From positions 437,136-501,135 of the forward strand of contig NMRA01000007.1 of assembly GCA_002633005.1 (NCBI GenBank): DNA of 64,000 nucleotides. The letters are read 5' to 3'. Both the position numbers and the translations under genes were made by a program. The notes under the pieces were generated by a model. That model had not been told where the DNA came from and searched no databases. It saw nothing but the letters and a program-made list of their open reading frames with translations. The DNA comes from Phoronis australis (lineage: Eukaryota; Animalia; Phoronida). How positions within the stretch are numbered: the first letter of the stretch is position 1; each line of letters starts with the position of its first letter. Positions 26,843 through 39,649 of this stretch are shown here, in pieces.

Positions 26843-26848
26843 AATAAA
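26843..26848 (+). promoter_or_regulatory. candidate polyadenylation signal for SPRED (implies a 3' UTR of about 4 kb)
   Basis: AATAAA at the end of a long T-rich UTR-like stretch; a second AATAAA lies at about 26953. Earlier AATAAA hexamers also exist, so the site actually used is uncertain. Confidence 0.35.
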
Positions 26849-29499
26849 AATGTACATAATGTTCATATTTCGATGTCATTTTAATCACGTGACCCCTTGC
26901 ACCGCCATCTTAGAAAACCATTATTTTGAAAGGACTGGAACCTTCGCTTTTTAATAAAGCGATTTAGCATTCCTAGTTGTACATAATAAAAGAATTGACC
27001 AAATGAAATTGATCACAAAATTTGTCAATGCTAACTTTATTCCAAGTTGAAGTGTGTGATTTTGGCTCAACCAAATTAGCTGCGCATGGGTCTCATAACA
27101 TGGCGTACCAGTGAAATCTTATTAGGAGGGGTGCCCCCTGGTCATTGTAAAGAAAGCCTTCCCCCAGTCAATGTCTACGCACTATCACCATCACCCAGAA
27201 AGCATGAAATTGCAGCAATAGGTCTTGCAAGTAAATTATGCAGAACCTGCAAGGATATTGTATTACACCAGAGTACTGTGGGGTAAAGCTTGTCTTTGTT
27301 ATTTACAGAAAATGTGAACAGAATTTTATTGATTTGCCAAAAATAGGCGAGAGCTTTACTCCATTGTAACCAAGAATTGTAAAGTTTAACGCCATCGCTG
27401 TGAAATTCGTTGGTACATTTTTAATAATTTGATCCAGTATGCCCCTCGGATACATTCAACTTAATAGGGGCCTTTTAACTACCCTGCAAACCCTGCTTTT
27501 AAAAATGGCATATCAGCGGCGTAGTAAAGTTTCCTTTTGAGGGGCCACAGAAATTATAAAATCCCTGGTCAGCAACAGTACAGCCAATTGTGTCATATGA
27601 GAGGAAAATACCATTCATTTCTAAACAACCACCAGTCGAGAGTAGAACCAAAACACACTTTTTGGCATAACAACAAAATGATTTTTTTAACTTTCTGGTA
27701 ATACTTGAGCACATTCTAAGTTAACTCAGCTTCATCATAAGATTGAAAACAAAGTAGACTGGGTCATTTACATGTTTTTTGCGGAGACAAATTCATCAAA
27801 CCCAACCACTGCTTTCCGTGACGCATTCACTCCACATTTCCTATTTATACACTTGCGTTTAGACCCAGAGGCAAGAGACAATGTGCATAGTCCACCAACG
27901 AACAGATTTTTTGACCTTCGACCTCACAAGTGAGTGCAGATCAAAGCCCAGCGCTACATTGTCTGCCTGCATGCATGTCAATCAGTACCACTGTGGTAGA
28001 AAAACACGGTTTGAATACAAACACGACAACACTCAATCTATCCTGTTCTTTGTTTCAGGTTGTTATAAATACAATTTACCTTCACAATGGTATTGGAGAG
28101 TGGCTCAAGGAACAACGTTTTGCTAAATTACAAAATATCATATTTACCATCCATTAGAAGCAATAACAATACATTTTAAAGGAAATTTTCATTTCTAAAA
28201 TGCCAATGAAAGTATTGGCAAAAGAAAATGGAAAAGTCTATTCTAAAACACAAGTCGAGGACTGTTTTCCAGTAATTCTTTACACAGTGACAATAAAACG
28301 AATTGTAAAATACTATCACAAAACAATAAATTACTAAAGAAATCCATTACAAGATAAACTCTTCAAAAGGAATAGAGTAAAAGTTAATACATTTGTAATT
28401 CCAATACATGCCAGTACAAGAGTGAGACACGGACTGTTGTAAGCAAATGAAGTGTAAATTCTTGGCAGTTATTGAAAAATTGTCATGTATTAAGACAGAT
28501 TGTTTAGTTTATTTTGCTATCGCTGCTGCTCAGACTTAAGTCAGAAATTTGGTCTTGCGTTCTAAACAGCTATTTCAGAAAAGGTAAATCACACTTGATA
28601 GCAAAAGTGGAGTCTCTGAAAATACACACTTAACTATTAATAGTTACTGAAATAGTTTCTATAAATTATTTGAAGATTGTTATGTACTCTAAACCTTTTT
28701 TCAAAAATTTTCAGAGGAAGTGTACGACCTAATTTTTGCCTCAAGTCTCAAATCAATTTCATGAAACGGGCCTCTAGTCTGCAGATCAATCTTAGTGAGA
28801 ATTGACACCCTAGTCACCAAAATAGAGCAAAAACATGTTTGACAAATCTTCACCTATTTCGTATACAACATGACCGATACGTGAATTCCTATTCAAAAAA
28901 ATTCTCAAAAAATAAAGATTGAGAAAATTTAACATGGCTCGTTCTAAACAGCCGCTATGAAAATACCTGGTGCACACTGGATTATTTTTACCAAGATACT
29001 TATCTATTGAAGAACAAAATTACAAATTTCTTAATTAGTTTCATGCAAAATTATTTAGGGATCCCAGTGTCCTATGTGAAATCATAACACAGACAAACAT
29101 CACTATAAGTTTGAGCTTTAAATAAGCTCTGTCACAATAGTTGTATTTTTGAGACAAAAAATATTACGCTAAACTGGAAGTTGCATCGATGCGTCACTTT
29201 CCTGCAAAAAGCTAAGATCAGAATCACTTATATTAAACCTGTTTGCCACGGGAGAAAATGCCCAACTTGTGCACATCATTTCAAGCACAATAAAATCACC
29301 AATTTAGGACACAACATGGCCGACGAGTAAAATTTTTTTACTTTTAATTTTTTTTACAAATGATAAATGAAGCACAAAATGAAGGCTTGATCAGTTTTAA
29401 CTCACATACCATAGCTACCACCAGACTATATTTTGAGAAAGTGAAGACAACAAAGTTAGGAGCCTTTCAAAAAGGAAAAAGGGCAATTTTGGGCAACTG

Positions 29500-30058
29500 C
29501 TTTTGTCCGAACTTGACGAGATTTTACTGTACATGTACTAATACTCAAACGAATTAATGATAAATAATTGTTTACAGGCTAAGATAATTTGGTCGGATTC
29601 ATGTGAAACTTTCACATACTATTCTTTTAACGCTCTGTTCTCCAAAATGCTGCAAGGTATTGTTTTTAAAATATTCCGCTTTTGCATAGGGTTTACTAAA
29701 AATAGGACTTTTATAGTTTTTCAGGAAAAATCAACAAAAGTCGCATAAAATGGAAATAAAAGGAAAATTCAGGACACTATAACAGTGATTTCATCTTATC
29801 AATATACCAAGCAAAATTTGGTCATGATTTCATTATCATTAGTTTGCTACGAATGTACCTTCTTTCATTGTTAAATTTTAGTGAAAAGACATGGTCACGT
29901 GACTCTATTAATGACAGATTATTGTAAAGCTAAGTCGAATTCTACAAGTTTTCTACTTTTCAGAAAATACACACAGTCACTGAGTTGAAATCTAAAGCTT
30001 TGATGCTATTTCAATTTTGATAACATACACAGACTTGACTATAAGGCCCCACATAACC
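29500..30058. repeat. decayed copy of the Kolobok-like family (left boundary approximate)
   Basis: Shares internal blocks (GGTCGGATTC..GAAACTTT; CATGGTCACGTGAC) and has the right end TAAGGCCCCACATAACC followed by TTAA. Confidence 0.45.
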
Positions 30059-30554
30059 TTAATGGTGTTGAATGTATACCCTCAGAAAATATTCACTCTC
30101 AGAGACACACTTCAGAGAGGCAGCACAGTTGACACTACCTTCAGCATAACAAGATGTATCCTCCTGCCATTTGAAGCAGGTAAAAAATCCCTTGGCCACT
30201 TGCCATCATAAAATTGGACTAAAAATCATTTCGGAGCTTGTAAGGAGACAACAGATTGTCATTAGTTAAGACCACGCTCAATCAATTGGTTTGACCCGAC
30301 AGATCGTTTTATGCACTGAGGATGGCCTCAAGTAACAATGAAATCTCAGCTCTTCATAAGTCAAGAAATTACGTAGAAGAAAAGTAAGGATTAAGTTGAG
30401 ACCATTTTTATAACAGCAGGTGGCCAAAATCAAAATCTTTTGGGAGGAAGCCGGTTCATAGCTGCTATAGTGAAAAAGATGTTGATGAAATATTGGATCA
30501 GAAAATACTCTTAATAGCAATTACGAAGCAGTGACTTGGGGAAGCAACTTTAGC

Positions 30555-31229
30555 TTAGAATGTGTGAGTTTTATCACGAAAACCTTTCAAGCTTATGGGC
30601 GCTTGATACCAAATCATATCCTCATCACAAACACCACTGTCACTCTCTGAGCTGATGTTAACATCCTGCAAACTCCTGTTGACAGTGGTTGGAGCCTCAT
30701 AGCTTTCATCCAATGGACACACTCCTGACATGTTGAAGCTTGAGTCATTCATTAATGACATCTCTGTCTGAGCGATTTCGCACGACGTTGTGTTGTGTAT
30801 GTTAAAAATTAAATGCTGACCACGAACGGGTAAGCTGTACGAAATTTTCGGCAAAAACCAATCAATGCAAGAGTCTCTAGCCGCTTCGATGAGCACATGA
30901 AAGCCACACGGCGATAACTGACCCATGTCACCAAAAACGTCTTTGGAAATCATCTGCTGAAAAAAGGACCTTACACACGAGTCAGCAGTCAATCTTTTGT
31001 TTTCTGATGAAGAATTAGGAAACTTTAAAACATACACTTCTTTTGGGCTAACAACAGTTGCTCCAAGTATAACCACCACTTGAGATATGGATGGTCCAGC
31101 TTTTGTGAAAACATTTTTCAAATTGTCCAAAATGATGTCTAACGATTCCACAAACTTCTTCACTTTTGCATCCCTCGACTTTTTCCTGGACATATTTGGA
31201 GTGGGGTGTGTTTCAATTTCCTGGCTGGC
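30555..31229 (-). CDS. MAD2L1BP: p31comet / MAD2L1-binding protein, exon 2
   Basis: ILGATVVSPKEVYVL and the C-terminal WYQAPISLKGFRD match p31comet (LLGGNALSPKEFYEL, WFQAPVTFKGFRE). Total about 280 aa. The acceptor could be the AAG at 31230 or an in-frame CAG 9 nt downstream. Confidence 0.92.
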   Translation of the reverse strand, partial: ASQEIETHPTPNMSRKKSRDAKVKKFVESLDIILDNLKNVFTKAGPSISQVVVILGATVVSPKEVYVLKFPNSSSENKRLTADSCVRSFFQQMISKDVFGDMGQLSPCGFHVLIEAARDSCIDWFLPKISYSLPVRGQHLIFNIHNTTSCEIAQTEMSLMNDSSFNMSGVCPLDESYEAPTTVNRSLQDVNISSESDSGVCDEDMIWYQAPISLKGFRDKTHTF

Positions 31230-32193
31230 CTTTAACGAAAACAGCAACACGATTAGAACAAGAAAGATGTACAAATTACTTTTAAGCAATAATTTTCACA
31301 TCATAACCTGAGCCATAGTTTAAATACGATCAATACAACCATGCACCCCAGGTCACCAGAGGACTGGAAAATGTCGACTCTCAAGTGTGGAGACAGGTAT
31401 AAGCAAAAAATGCATTAATTTGAAATCTGGCCATATCATGTATATAAATGCAGATGCTTTAGTTAGGGACAAAAGATTTTTTTCTAGTTATCAACAAGCG
31501 GAAATTGGGAGGATCTTGGTCAATTTTGCATATCCAATGGACACGCATGTATGTAAAGTAATTTTCAAACTAATTTGTTCAAACTAATGAATTGTTTCTG
31601 CAGACAAGTACAGCACAAATTATTTGTAGAATTTGATCGATGAACAAAATGTTAGAAATTTTACTGAGGAGTACATACTGACACTGAAAATAACGATACA
31701 TGAAAAGCACAGCAAAACGTAATTATTCAATACGTTGTAAAATATGACAAAAGTGATTATTGCTCTGTTGTCACAATACAACACTCCAACTGAACAAACC
31801 AGATCAATTTCAATGTCTGAAAATACCGAAAGACTCACAAAAGTTGTCAAAAGTATGCATTAACTTTTCAAAAAAAAAATGCAGTGGATAGAACTACGAT
31901 GTTACATATCAATTGATGGATTACACGTCCAGACGGTAACGTGTAGGCAACTGAACATGCCAGGCTGTTGTCATGTATCGGCAACCAACGCGATCTAGAG
32001 ATGCCTTCCGAAGACGCAAGACACTCACGTTAACAGGATGCAGCCCTGATCACTTAAGTCATATGTAAGAAATTCTACACAAGAGTTTCACAAAAGAAAT
32101 GTAAGCAACGAACAAGCATGAGTTTCTAAAAATTCAGAAATTAAGGATCGGAAAGGCCAGGACAAGAAACTAGTCTTTAGGTCCGAGCCTTAC

Positions 32194-32361
32194 CATTGCC
32201 TTGATGTCCCTCTCCATCTGAGAATACGATAAAGGTATTTGATTACGTTGATATAAAACATGTTTCAGAAACTCTGATGACAATGTGCCTGCAATTGCCG
32301 GATCTATGTCCCCTTTCAGAGTGAAATCATTAATCGAAACTTCGCGCCGTCTTCCAAACAT
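32194..32361 (-). CDS. MAD2L1BP: p31comet / MAD2L1-binding protein, exon 1
   Basis: MFGRRREVSINDFTLKGDIDPAIAGTLSSEFLKHVLYQRNQIPLSYSQMERDIKAM followed by a gtaagg donor, phase 0. EFLKHVLYQRNQIPLSY matches the p31comet hallmark ELLKHIMYQRQQLPLPY. An alternative in-frame ATG lies at 32379. Confidence 0.9.
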
Positions 32362-32787
32362 TTTAAAACGTTCCCGCATAATACTGACATTAAGAAATGG
32401 GAACAACTAATAGATGGCGCTGGCAGTAAGCGCAAACACAGGACATGAGCAAGGAGTGTAGTCTAACCTAGGAGTGTATTGTTTTGGGGATAACTAGTGA
32501 TAGCGTTGCCGTGTGAGTGCTAACGTCTTTCAGTTGGCGTTACTACACACACCAATAAGAACCACTCAAAAAGGAAGGTTTAGTGCACTCTGAAAATTGC
32601 GACTGCCTTTCCCCCACGCCGAAATTCTAAATCTATCCAATGGTGTTCAATGTCCCTTCTATTCCCATCTTCCAGTTTTGCGACACTGTCTCCCTCTGCC
32701 CGGCCCCGGTGGTCACAGTTGTCATGATTACTTCCCTGAATTCAGTGGAGCACTTGGGTTGCGCTGCGTCCGTTCATTGGTCCTTTC

Positions 32788-33095
32788 CAGGGGCTGATCC
32801 AGGATTTTGCGGGGGGCCGGGAACAGCAAACCACGAGATCGAATTTCGGCACTGCGCCGCGCACCAAGCCTAAAATTGTGGGGATGCAGGGGTCTCGCCG
32901 GGTTTGCGGACCTGTTGACTAAAAAAAACAAAAAAAAACAAAAGAACGGTAAACTGGATTTGTTCAGGGCCGGATTGTTTCCTTACCCCCTGAGCCCCAC
33001 CCCCCTGGTTCGCACCCGAACATCCAAATGGTATCTGGTAGAATTTTAGGGGGCCGGGGTGGCCCCATTGGCCACCCCCCCTAAATCCGCCACCG
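32788..33095. mobile_element. MITE with CAG(G/T)GGC-GATC termini and 5-bp TSD (hAT5-like)
   Basis: Ends CAGGGGCTGATCC...TAAATCCGCCACCG, flanked on both sides by CTTTC. Shares the internal CCCCCTAAAATTCT.CCAGAT.CCATTT segment with the copies at 39100 and 54819. Confidence 0.75.
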
Positions 33096-33599
33096 CTTTC
33101 TACTTCTATACATATCTTCATGAAACTCAGTTGAGACTTAGTTGTCTTTGGCACTGAACTCCACTTTTTTGGTTGCCATTATTTTTATTGGGCGCGCGAT
33201 AACCATGTCAACTGAGTCACGTGAGTTAGGCACAGGCTCGCTCGAGACTAAGCGCAGCAGTACGTGACGCTAGTGCGTGACACTTGTAAAAAGCTTGTGA
33301 AGGTATCGGGTGAAATTTGTACGCTTTGTCTCCCTTGGACTTTTTATTCGTCAAGATGCGTCACGGTGATTTCTTGTAACTTCCTCAAAATGGCACCCGG
33401 TAAGAGAAACTCGAGCAAACCGCGACGGCTTTTCATCGATTTGTTCAAGTTTTGCTTACTAAATTGTACCCATAGTCGTGGTATGTGTTAATTATACCTC
33501 CGTGTTCCGCGCCTGTATGGTCCCTTTGTTTTTATTTACTGTATGTTGAAATGAGTAACTTTTTCTGAGAATGTCCTATCCGTCGCCCCTGTATGCCTG

Positions 33600-34130
33600 C
33601 GGCATCCAGGGCGATGTACTTGCCTCTCCTCCCCGCACTGCCTCCCCCCTTTGTGCGTTCTGTGTCAGAAGCACTTTTTTGGCACTGTGCGCCTGGCACT
33701 GTGTGCCTCCATCTCAGTCGTGCTGCCTCCCAGTCTGTGCCCTCTGTGTGCCTCCTCCGCCCCCGCCAACTCCCCTTTTGTGCCCTCTGTGCCAGAGGCA
33801 GTCTTTGGCACTGTGTGCCAGGCACTGTGTGCCTTCTCCCCCTCCAACTCTCCGCCCCCACCCCCCTTTACGTCCTATGTGTCCGAGGCGCCTTTCGGCT
33901 GTGTGTGCCTGTCACTGTGTGCCNNNNNNNNNNNNNNNNNNNNNNNNNNNNNNNNNNNNNNNNNNNNNNNNNNNNNNNNNNNNNNNNNNNNNNNNNNNNN
34001 NNNNNNNNNNNNNNNNNNNNNNNNNNNNNNNNNNNNNNNNNNNNNNNNNNNNNNNNNNNNNNNNNNNNNNNNNNNNNNNNNNNNNTTTGGTACTGTGTGC
34101 CCTGCACTGTGCGCCTCAGCCTTCCCCATG
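33600..34130. repeat. GC-rich minisatellite (GGCACTGTGTGCC units) spanning an N gap at 33924-34085
   Basis: Repeated (G)GCACTGTG(T/C)GCC motifs on both sides of the gap. Confidence 0.7.
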
Positions 34131-37071
34131 TTGGCTGTATTGAGTGCCGCCACTCCTTGTGCCGTCTCCGTCAGGGGCTCTTTAATTGGCGCTGTATGCC
34201 ACCTCCCCCATGTTTGCTTGATTCTGTCCGCCGTCGATCCGTTTGTGCCTTCTCGTCAGGGGCACCTTTTCCCTACTCCTCATATCCCTCCTTCATATCC
34301 AGTTAATTTTATTTTCGTGCCCATTCCTTTGCCAGTACTTTTTGCCCTTGCGGCACTGTGAGCCCTTTCGACATCGTCTTCCCCCCGGTTTTCTACCGTT
34401 GTTGTTCCACCCCTTTCGGCCCCTTCCTTGTGGCCGTTCGTGCCCTCACTATTCGGTCCCTCTGTTCCCTGTTCTTTTTCTTTCAGTTCCCTCGCGTCTC
34501 ATCTCGCTCTCCGACGTTGCCATACGCTCGTTCATCACCGTCTTCACCGGCTACCACATCCATCGACTCCCGTCTTCCGCCGACTCAAGACATCGCACCG
34601 TCGTAGCCTCCGTCGTAACCCCACTGCCAGCGGACCTGTCCCTCTTGATGCCATCCGCTCTCGTGTCGTCGACCTTACGATCCTTCGTAGTTTTTCATGT
34701 ATTTTTCTTTTAATTTGTTTTGTTATTTGTAGGTTACTTTACTGGGCCATCTATACTCCCTTTTCCCCATTTTGTTAAGCCGCTCTATATTTTTGCGTTT
34801 ATTTCCTTTCATTTATTACCTCTCTGTGTCCCCCATTATCGGCTTTCAGTCAATTAGGTTAGCTATTTTGTTATTTCAATGTTTTTGTTTTTCTTTTATG
34901 TATTTGATTTTTTTAATTTATCAATCGACCTCTGCTAGTCACATTTGTCTGTTCGCCATCTTGCTTCTGCGGTTTGTTGGGTATCAGGCTGCCAGCATTT
35001 TTGGCTTACTAGTCTCTGTTATCTGGTGCTATTGGCATCCCGGAGCCAGTCCTCCAACGCCTGGTAGTCTGAAGCTGTCCAGGACTACATCCGCGTGTCA
35101 GTTTTCCCCCCACCTCGTCCCTGATTTCCCCTTCCTCTTGTCTCCCCCATCCCCTCCCTTCAGTTCCCCACCCCACTCGTTACCTCCCTTTCGGTGTCAG
35201 TATTGCCTGCACCTTTCCCCTCCACACTGTCCCCTTCGTTTCCGTATATTGTTAGTCTCACTTGTAGTTTATTTCACTTTTTTTTTGTCAGTTACCTTAC
35301 TAGTTCTTTTTTACCCCCTGTTAGACAATTTGTTAGGCTTTATTTTGTTTTCATTTATCTTTAACATTGTTACTCTACCTAGCTTTTTAGTCAAGCTATT
35401 GTTCGGCGCTGTATTTCTGTTATGTTAGCTATTTTGTTATTCTCTGTTAGCCATTTTGCTTCTATAGTCCTTGTCTTTTATTTTTCGTTTCTCCCCCGTT
35501 CCATTTTTGTTTACGTTTCGCCCCTTTTCTGTTTCTTATGTTTCTCGGTAATCACAACTTTTCGAGTTCTAGTTTACCTTTTAGTTTGATGTATTAGTAG
35601 TTCGTTCTTTATCACTTGTTTTTCCGTTGTTATTATTCTTTTCTTCCCGCCACGACACGGGGTGAGACAACACCGGCACCTGTTCCAGCCCTGGGCAATC
35701 GTACCTCCCCCTCCGGTTTGGCACCCGGAGTTAGGGTTGGGTATCGGGCTGACAGCGTTTGTAAGTAGTTCTGCACACTATTCCTTTCATCTCTCTCCCT
35801 TCGCGCGTCCCTGCGGATGGCCATGAGCTGTCTTACAACATCTCTGTGGCGCTTTTTTATTGCCCACCTTACCAGAGATTACCAATTATACGTTATTTAC
35901 CTGTACTTATTCTATTGTAACTGTACTAGTCATAATAAATGACCTTTAGCTTATATCGCCTGCCTCCGTCTCCTTTTCATCTCTGGTAACGAGCTTGCGA
36001 CGCGCGTATCATTTATCTATTATTCGGGACATATGTCGATCATAAATATATATATAGCTCAATTGATGGGATCGATCAGATCACAAAGTCGGGAAGTCGG
36101 TTAGAGGTCGCGGCTGAACTAGTCTGCGTCGTACCCCAGGTCATTTGACACATCTTACTTCGACTCTTTGCCGCGATGAGCCCTCAGAAATAATTTGCGG
36201 ATCAACGTCATGAAACTAGTCAGGGGTGTGGTGAACATCAACAAGTTTTTTGCGACATGCTGCTATGCCGACTTCACAGACAGTCAGTTTCAAACCCCGA
36301 CAACTACATTTTGCCGACTGAGACGAGTTTGTCAGCTCACGATAGAGACACTACTCCGCGTATCAGCCACATGTGCTGAACGAATCTGCTTTGTACGCCA
36401 GGTCATTTGACACCTCACCTCTACTTGTTATATGTATATACACAATAGCGTGACCCACCTGGGATACTGAAAGTGGCTTATTTCAGTTCTGATTTCCGCC
36501 TCCGGGGACCGAGTTCAGTGTCTTTGGTACGGACACAACATTATTATTTTGAAACAGTGAATGTAAACTAGGGATGATTTTTACAATGGGGCTATTCGGA
36601 AAATCTACAATAACTAGAGGGCGTGCGTGTACTAGTGGTGATAGATTAACAGCCTCGATTTCGCGAGCCCTTTAAATACATGGTGAAATGGCTTGCAGCC
36701 GTGCCAACTGAATCTGATATTGCGTAAAAAGGGTGCTTCTAAGAGAGGAAGTAAGCACGACCTCATACAAAGGTAAGGTTTGGGATTATTTTAACGATTA
36801 TTCCATGATTATTCTACCGATGCCTGTTAACTGAGGCACTCGCCGATGTCGACTTCGCGGCAGTCAGTCGCCAGCCAGAGTCTGGTTAATCTTTGTATGT
36901 TGTGATATGTGATACGATACTTGTCGTAGCAATCGGGATCTTTTCGTACATCAAAGCATTATTATTGTTTGGAATGATTTCTAAAAGTTTATCAGTGACA
37001 GTTCCATCAATCAATGCTGAATGTTTATGCTGTCAACTCGACAGGTTAATGAAGATTACAATCCAATCCCA

Positions 37072-37081
37072 ATGGCAAAGG
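37072..37081 (+). CDS. putative start-codon portion (MAK+G) of the B-box/coiled-coil gene, within a short exon 37045-37081
   Basis: gacag acceptor, ATGG context and gtacgt donor. Phase 1 joins in frame to the tttccag acceptor at 37178. An upstream exon ending at 36772 (ag|gtaagg) is probably 5' UTR. Confidence 0.5.
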
Positions 37082-37178
37082 GTACGTGAGTGATAAATAT
37101 CCATTGCATTAGACTATACTGGTGCAAAAGAGTACCCAGGCAATATTTACCTTACACATTTCAGCGACCTGTTTCCAG

Positions 37179-38395
37179 AGAACAGCAAATTAGATTGTGA
37201 GGTATGTAAACTCTATGACAAAAATGCTGTAGCTGTTTCCTTGTGCATAGATTGTAAAGATCACTTGTGCAAGGAATGTTCTGTTTTCCATGGTAGAAGT
37301 AAACTGACATTTGGGCATCGAGTTGTCAGTCTCGACGAAGTCCGAAATGGTAAATATTTCGAAGAAATCAGACGGGCTCAGCTCCGATACTGTTCCACCC
37401 ATAAAGACAAGCTATTGGAGATTTACTGCGTTGGGTGTGAAAAGCCAATTTGCTATTTGTGCAAAACGTTTAACCATGAAGGTCACGAAGTCAGCAACAT
37501 TGAAGATGCTGTAGCAAAAGCAGACGAAGCTGTGGCGCAACTGTTTGGTCGGTGCAAGAAGGCTAGAGAATCTTGCGCCAAAGTTTGTGAAAAGAGAAAG
37601 GATGTCCTGCAAGAAATTGACCGACAAAAGAAAAATGGTTTAGTTCATATTAAAAGAACGTGCGATACCTTCAGAGGCAAGATTGACAATGAAGAAATGA
37701 TTGCTATCAAAACGTTTGAAAACCAAATTGATATTGCAAGAAGGAAAGCTGAAGTGGCCAACAGCGAAGCTGAACAAAAGCAAGCAGATTTTAGCAATAT
37801 TTTGGGTTACATTGAGTCATTCCTAAGTTCAAGTCAAGACGTGGAAAAGCTGTTGCAATTCAGCGATATTCAGTTACGCCTCAAGAGTCTGGAAGGAGTG
37901 GACTTTGATACGACTGTGCTAAAACCAGCGATTGCGTTTCTGCCTCAAACTTTTTCAGTAGCTGATTTTCTTGTGAAAGTGGAAATATCACAGCACTCAG
38001 AAAACATACCAGGCTTAGACTTTGGAGATCTAATTGAACGGGAACCTTGGGTTGATGATTGGAGCGCGTGTCCACGTAAGGAAAGAAGAGGTTTCTGTCC
38101 GCCACCTAAATATAAATCATCACAAAAGGGTCGTCCAAGCGTCAGGTCTACATTCATTAAATTAGTTAAGGAACCTGTGTTCAATAATGAAAGGTGGAAA
38201 CATAGTGATAATCAATTTCTAACGTCGACGACCTATGAAGAGGACGATGATTTTTTAGAACATAGATTGTTAACAAACGATGAATTCCTGGCTATAGACT
38301 TTATTCACGCGGCGGACATTGAAATCCAAAGCGTGCCTCACTGCGATAAACAAAGCGGAAATTTACATTGCGTGAGTAAATGGAGTCCAACCTGA
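37179..38395 (+). CDS. TRIM-like protein with B-box1, B-box2 and coiled coil; no RING detected
   Basis: CEVC...CIDCKDHLCKECSVFH...H (B-box1) and CSTH...IYCVGCEKPICYLCKTFNHEGH (B-box2), followed by a long helical K/E/Q-rich region and a low-complexity tail. The reading frame is open to TGA at 38395. Confidence 0.88.
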
Positions 38396-39099
38396 ATATT
38401 AAATCTTAAAAAATGTGTCAATAATTAACCCCAGAGACGTAGAAAAATACAGTTAAAGAACAAGTCAATGTACCAAAGAGTTGTCTGACGAAAAGATATA
38501 GGTTTTTTCGGGAAAACTAGGTTCGAAGCATGAAAAGTAAACATGACCAAATTGCGGCGATCGTAGTGTTACGGATCAGGTATCATGCTGAATGCAGGGT
38601 TACGTTTCTTCTAATAAATTCTTGATAAAAATGCTGTCTACACGAATCAGGTCATCTGGTCCTATTGTTGACGAGTTGAAGATATTTTCGACAATGGTGG
38701 CTCATAGTATTTTCATGATGCCATGTGCAATTAGTCTCATCTGGTTCAATTTGTTGATCAAGAGTAGGCCTATTAGATTCAAGCATAGCCTAGGTCCTGG
38801 TGAGGTAGGCACTACCGGGACTAACAGTTGATTTGTCATTGATCTGAAATAATACTTGATGTTATTAAATATATATTTTGATTACGATAAAATACTAGGC
38901 TCGCAATTGAAAATAAAAATTATATGACCATCAATTCTGCTTTCTTGGTTTTAATAATTACGTCTATTCCATGTGTTATCTCTTTCAAATATCAATCTCG
39001 ACCAAGTTGAATTTCAAAATTAAAACACCTATATAATTCTTTCGTCCAAAGCATAACCTCGTTTTACTAGAGCTCAATTTCAGTTAACTGGACAGAACA

Positions 39100-39649
39100 C
39101 AGTGGCGGATTTAGAGGGGAGCCAAGGGGCTATGCCCAGCCCCCCCTAAAATTCTCCCAGATTCCATTTGGCAGTTCAGGNCTCATGTGGGTGCGGCCTT
39201 CTGAGAGGGGAAAGTTTGTTCGCCGAGTGACGGGTCAGTGAAAACTCTACTGACCTACCGATCACCATCAATAGCACCCCGCCCTTTTGCAAGCTCTCAT
39301 AGCTCTGTCTGAAGTAGCATTTTCAGTGGCTGATCTAGGATACCATATAGGCCTAGTGAGGGGGCCGGGGCACGACATCCTCGGACAAGCGGGCAAAGCG
39401 CGATTGTCGGTATGCACGCAGGCGGCCCGGAAGTTGCGAGCGCCGAGGATGTATTCCTTCTGCTCAGGAAATCTGTCCTTGGACTAAAAAAATAAAACGG
39501 AACGTGTTTTCCCCCCTCGTCCGCTACCGGTCCTAGCTCGAACTCAGTACAAGTTTCCTCCCGCTTCACGTTTTGCTGGTTTATTTTGTTTGCGGCAGTC
39601 AAGGGGGGGGGGGGCGGGGCGCGCCCCTGCCCCCCTAAATCCGCCTATG
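39100..39649. mobile_element. cluster of CAGTGGCGGAT-family MITE fragments, interrupted by an N at 39181
   Basis: Left ends CAGTGGCGGATTTAG (39100) and CAGTGGCTGATCTAG (39324); right end CTAAATCCGCCTATG (about 39635-39649). Confidence 0.55.

Noticed and set aside
31230-31289. Apparent signal peptide at the start of the 244-aa ORF
   Set aside because: It is the translated polypyrimidine tract of the MAD2L1BP intron; the true N-terminus is in exon 1.
33532-35428. Long overlapping ORFs (109-237 aa) in several frames
   Set aside because: They come from stop-poor, low-complexity C/T-rich and minisatellite sequence plus an N gap; no domain motifs.
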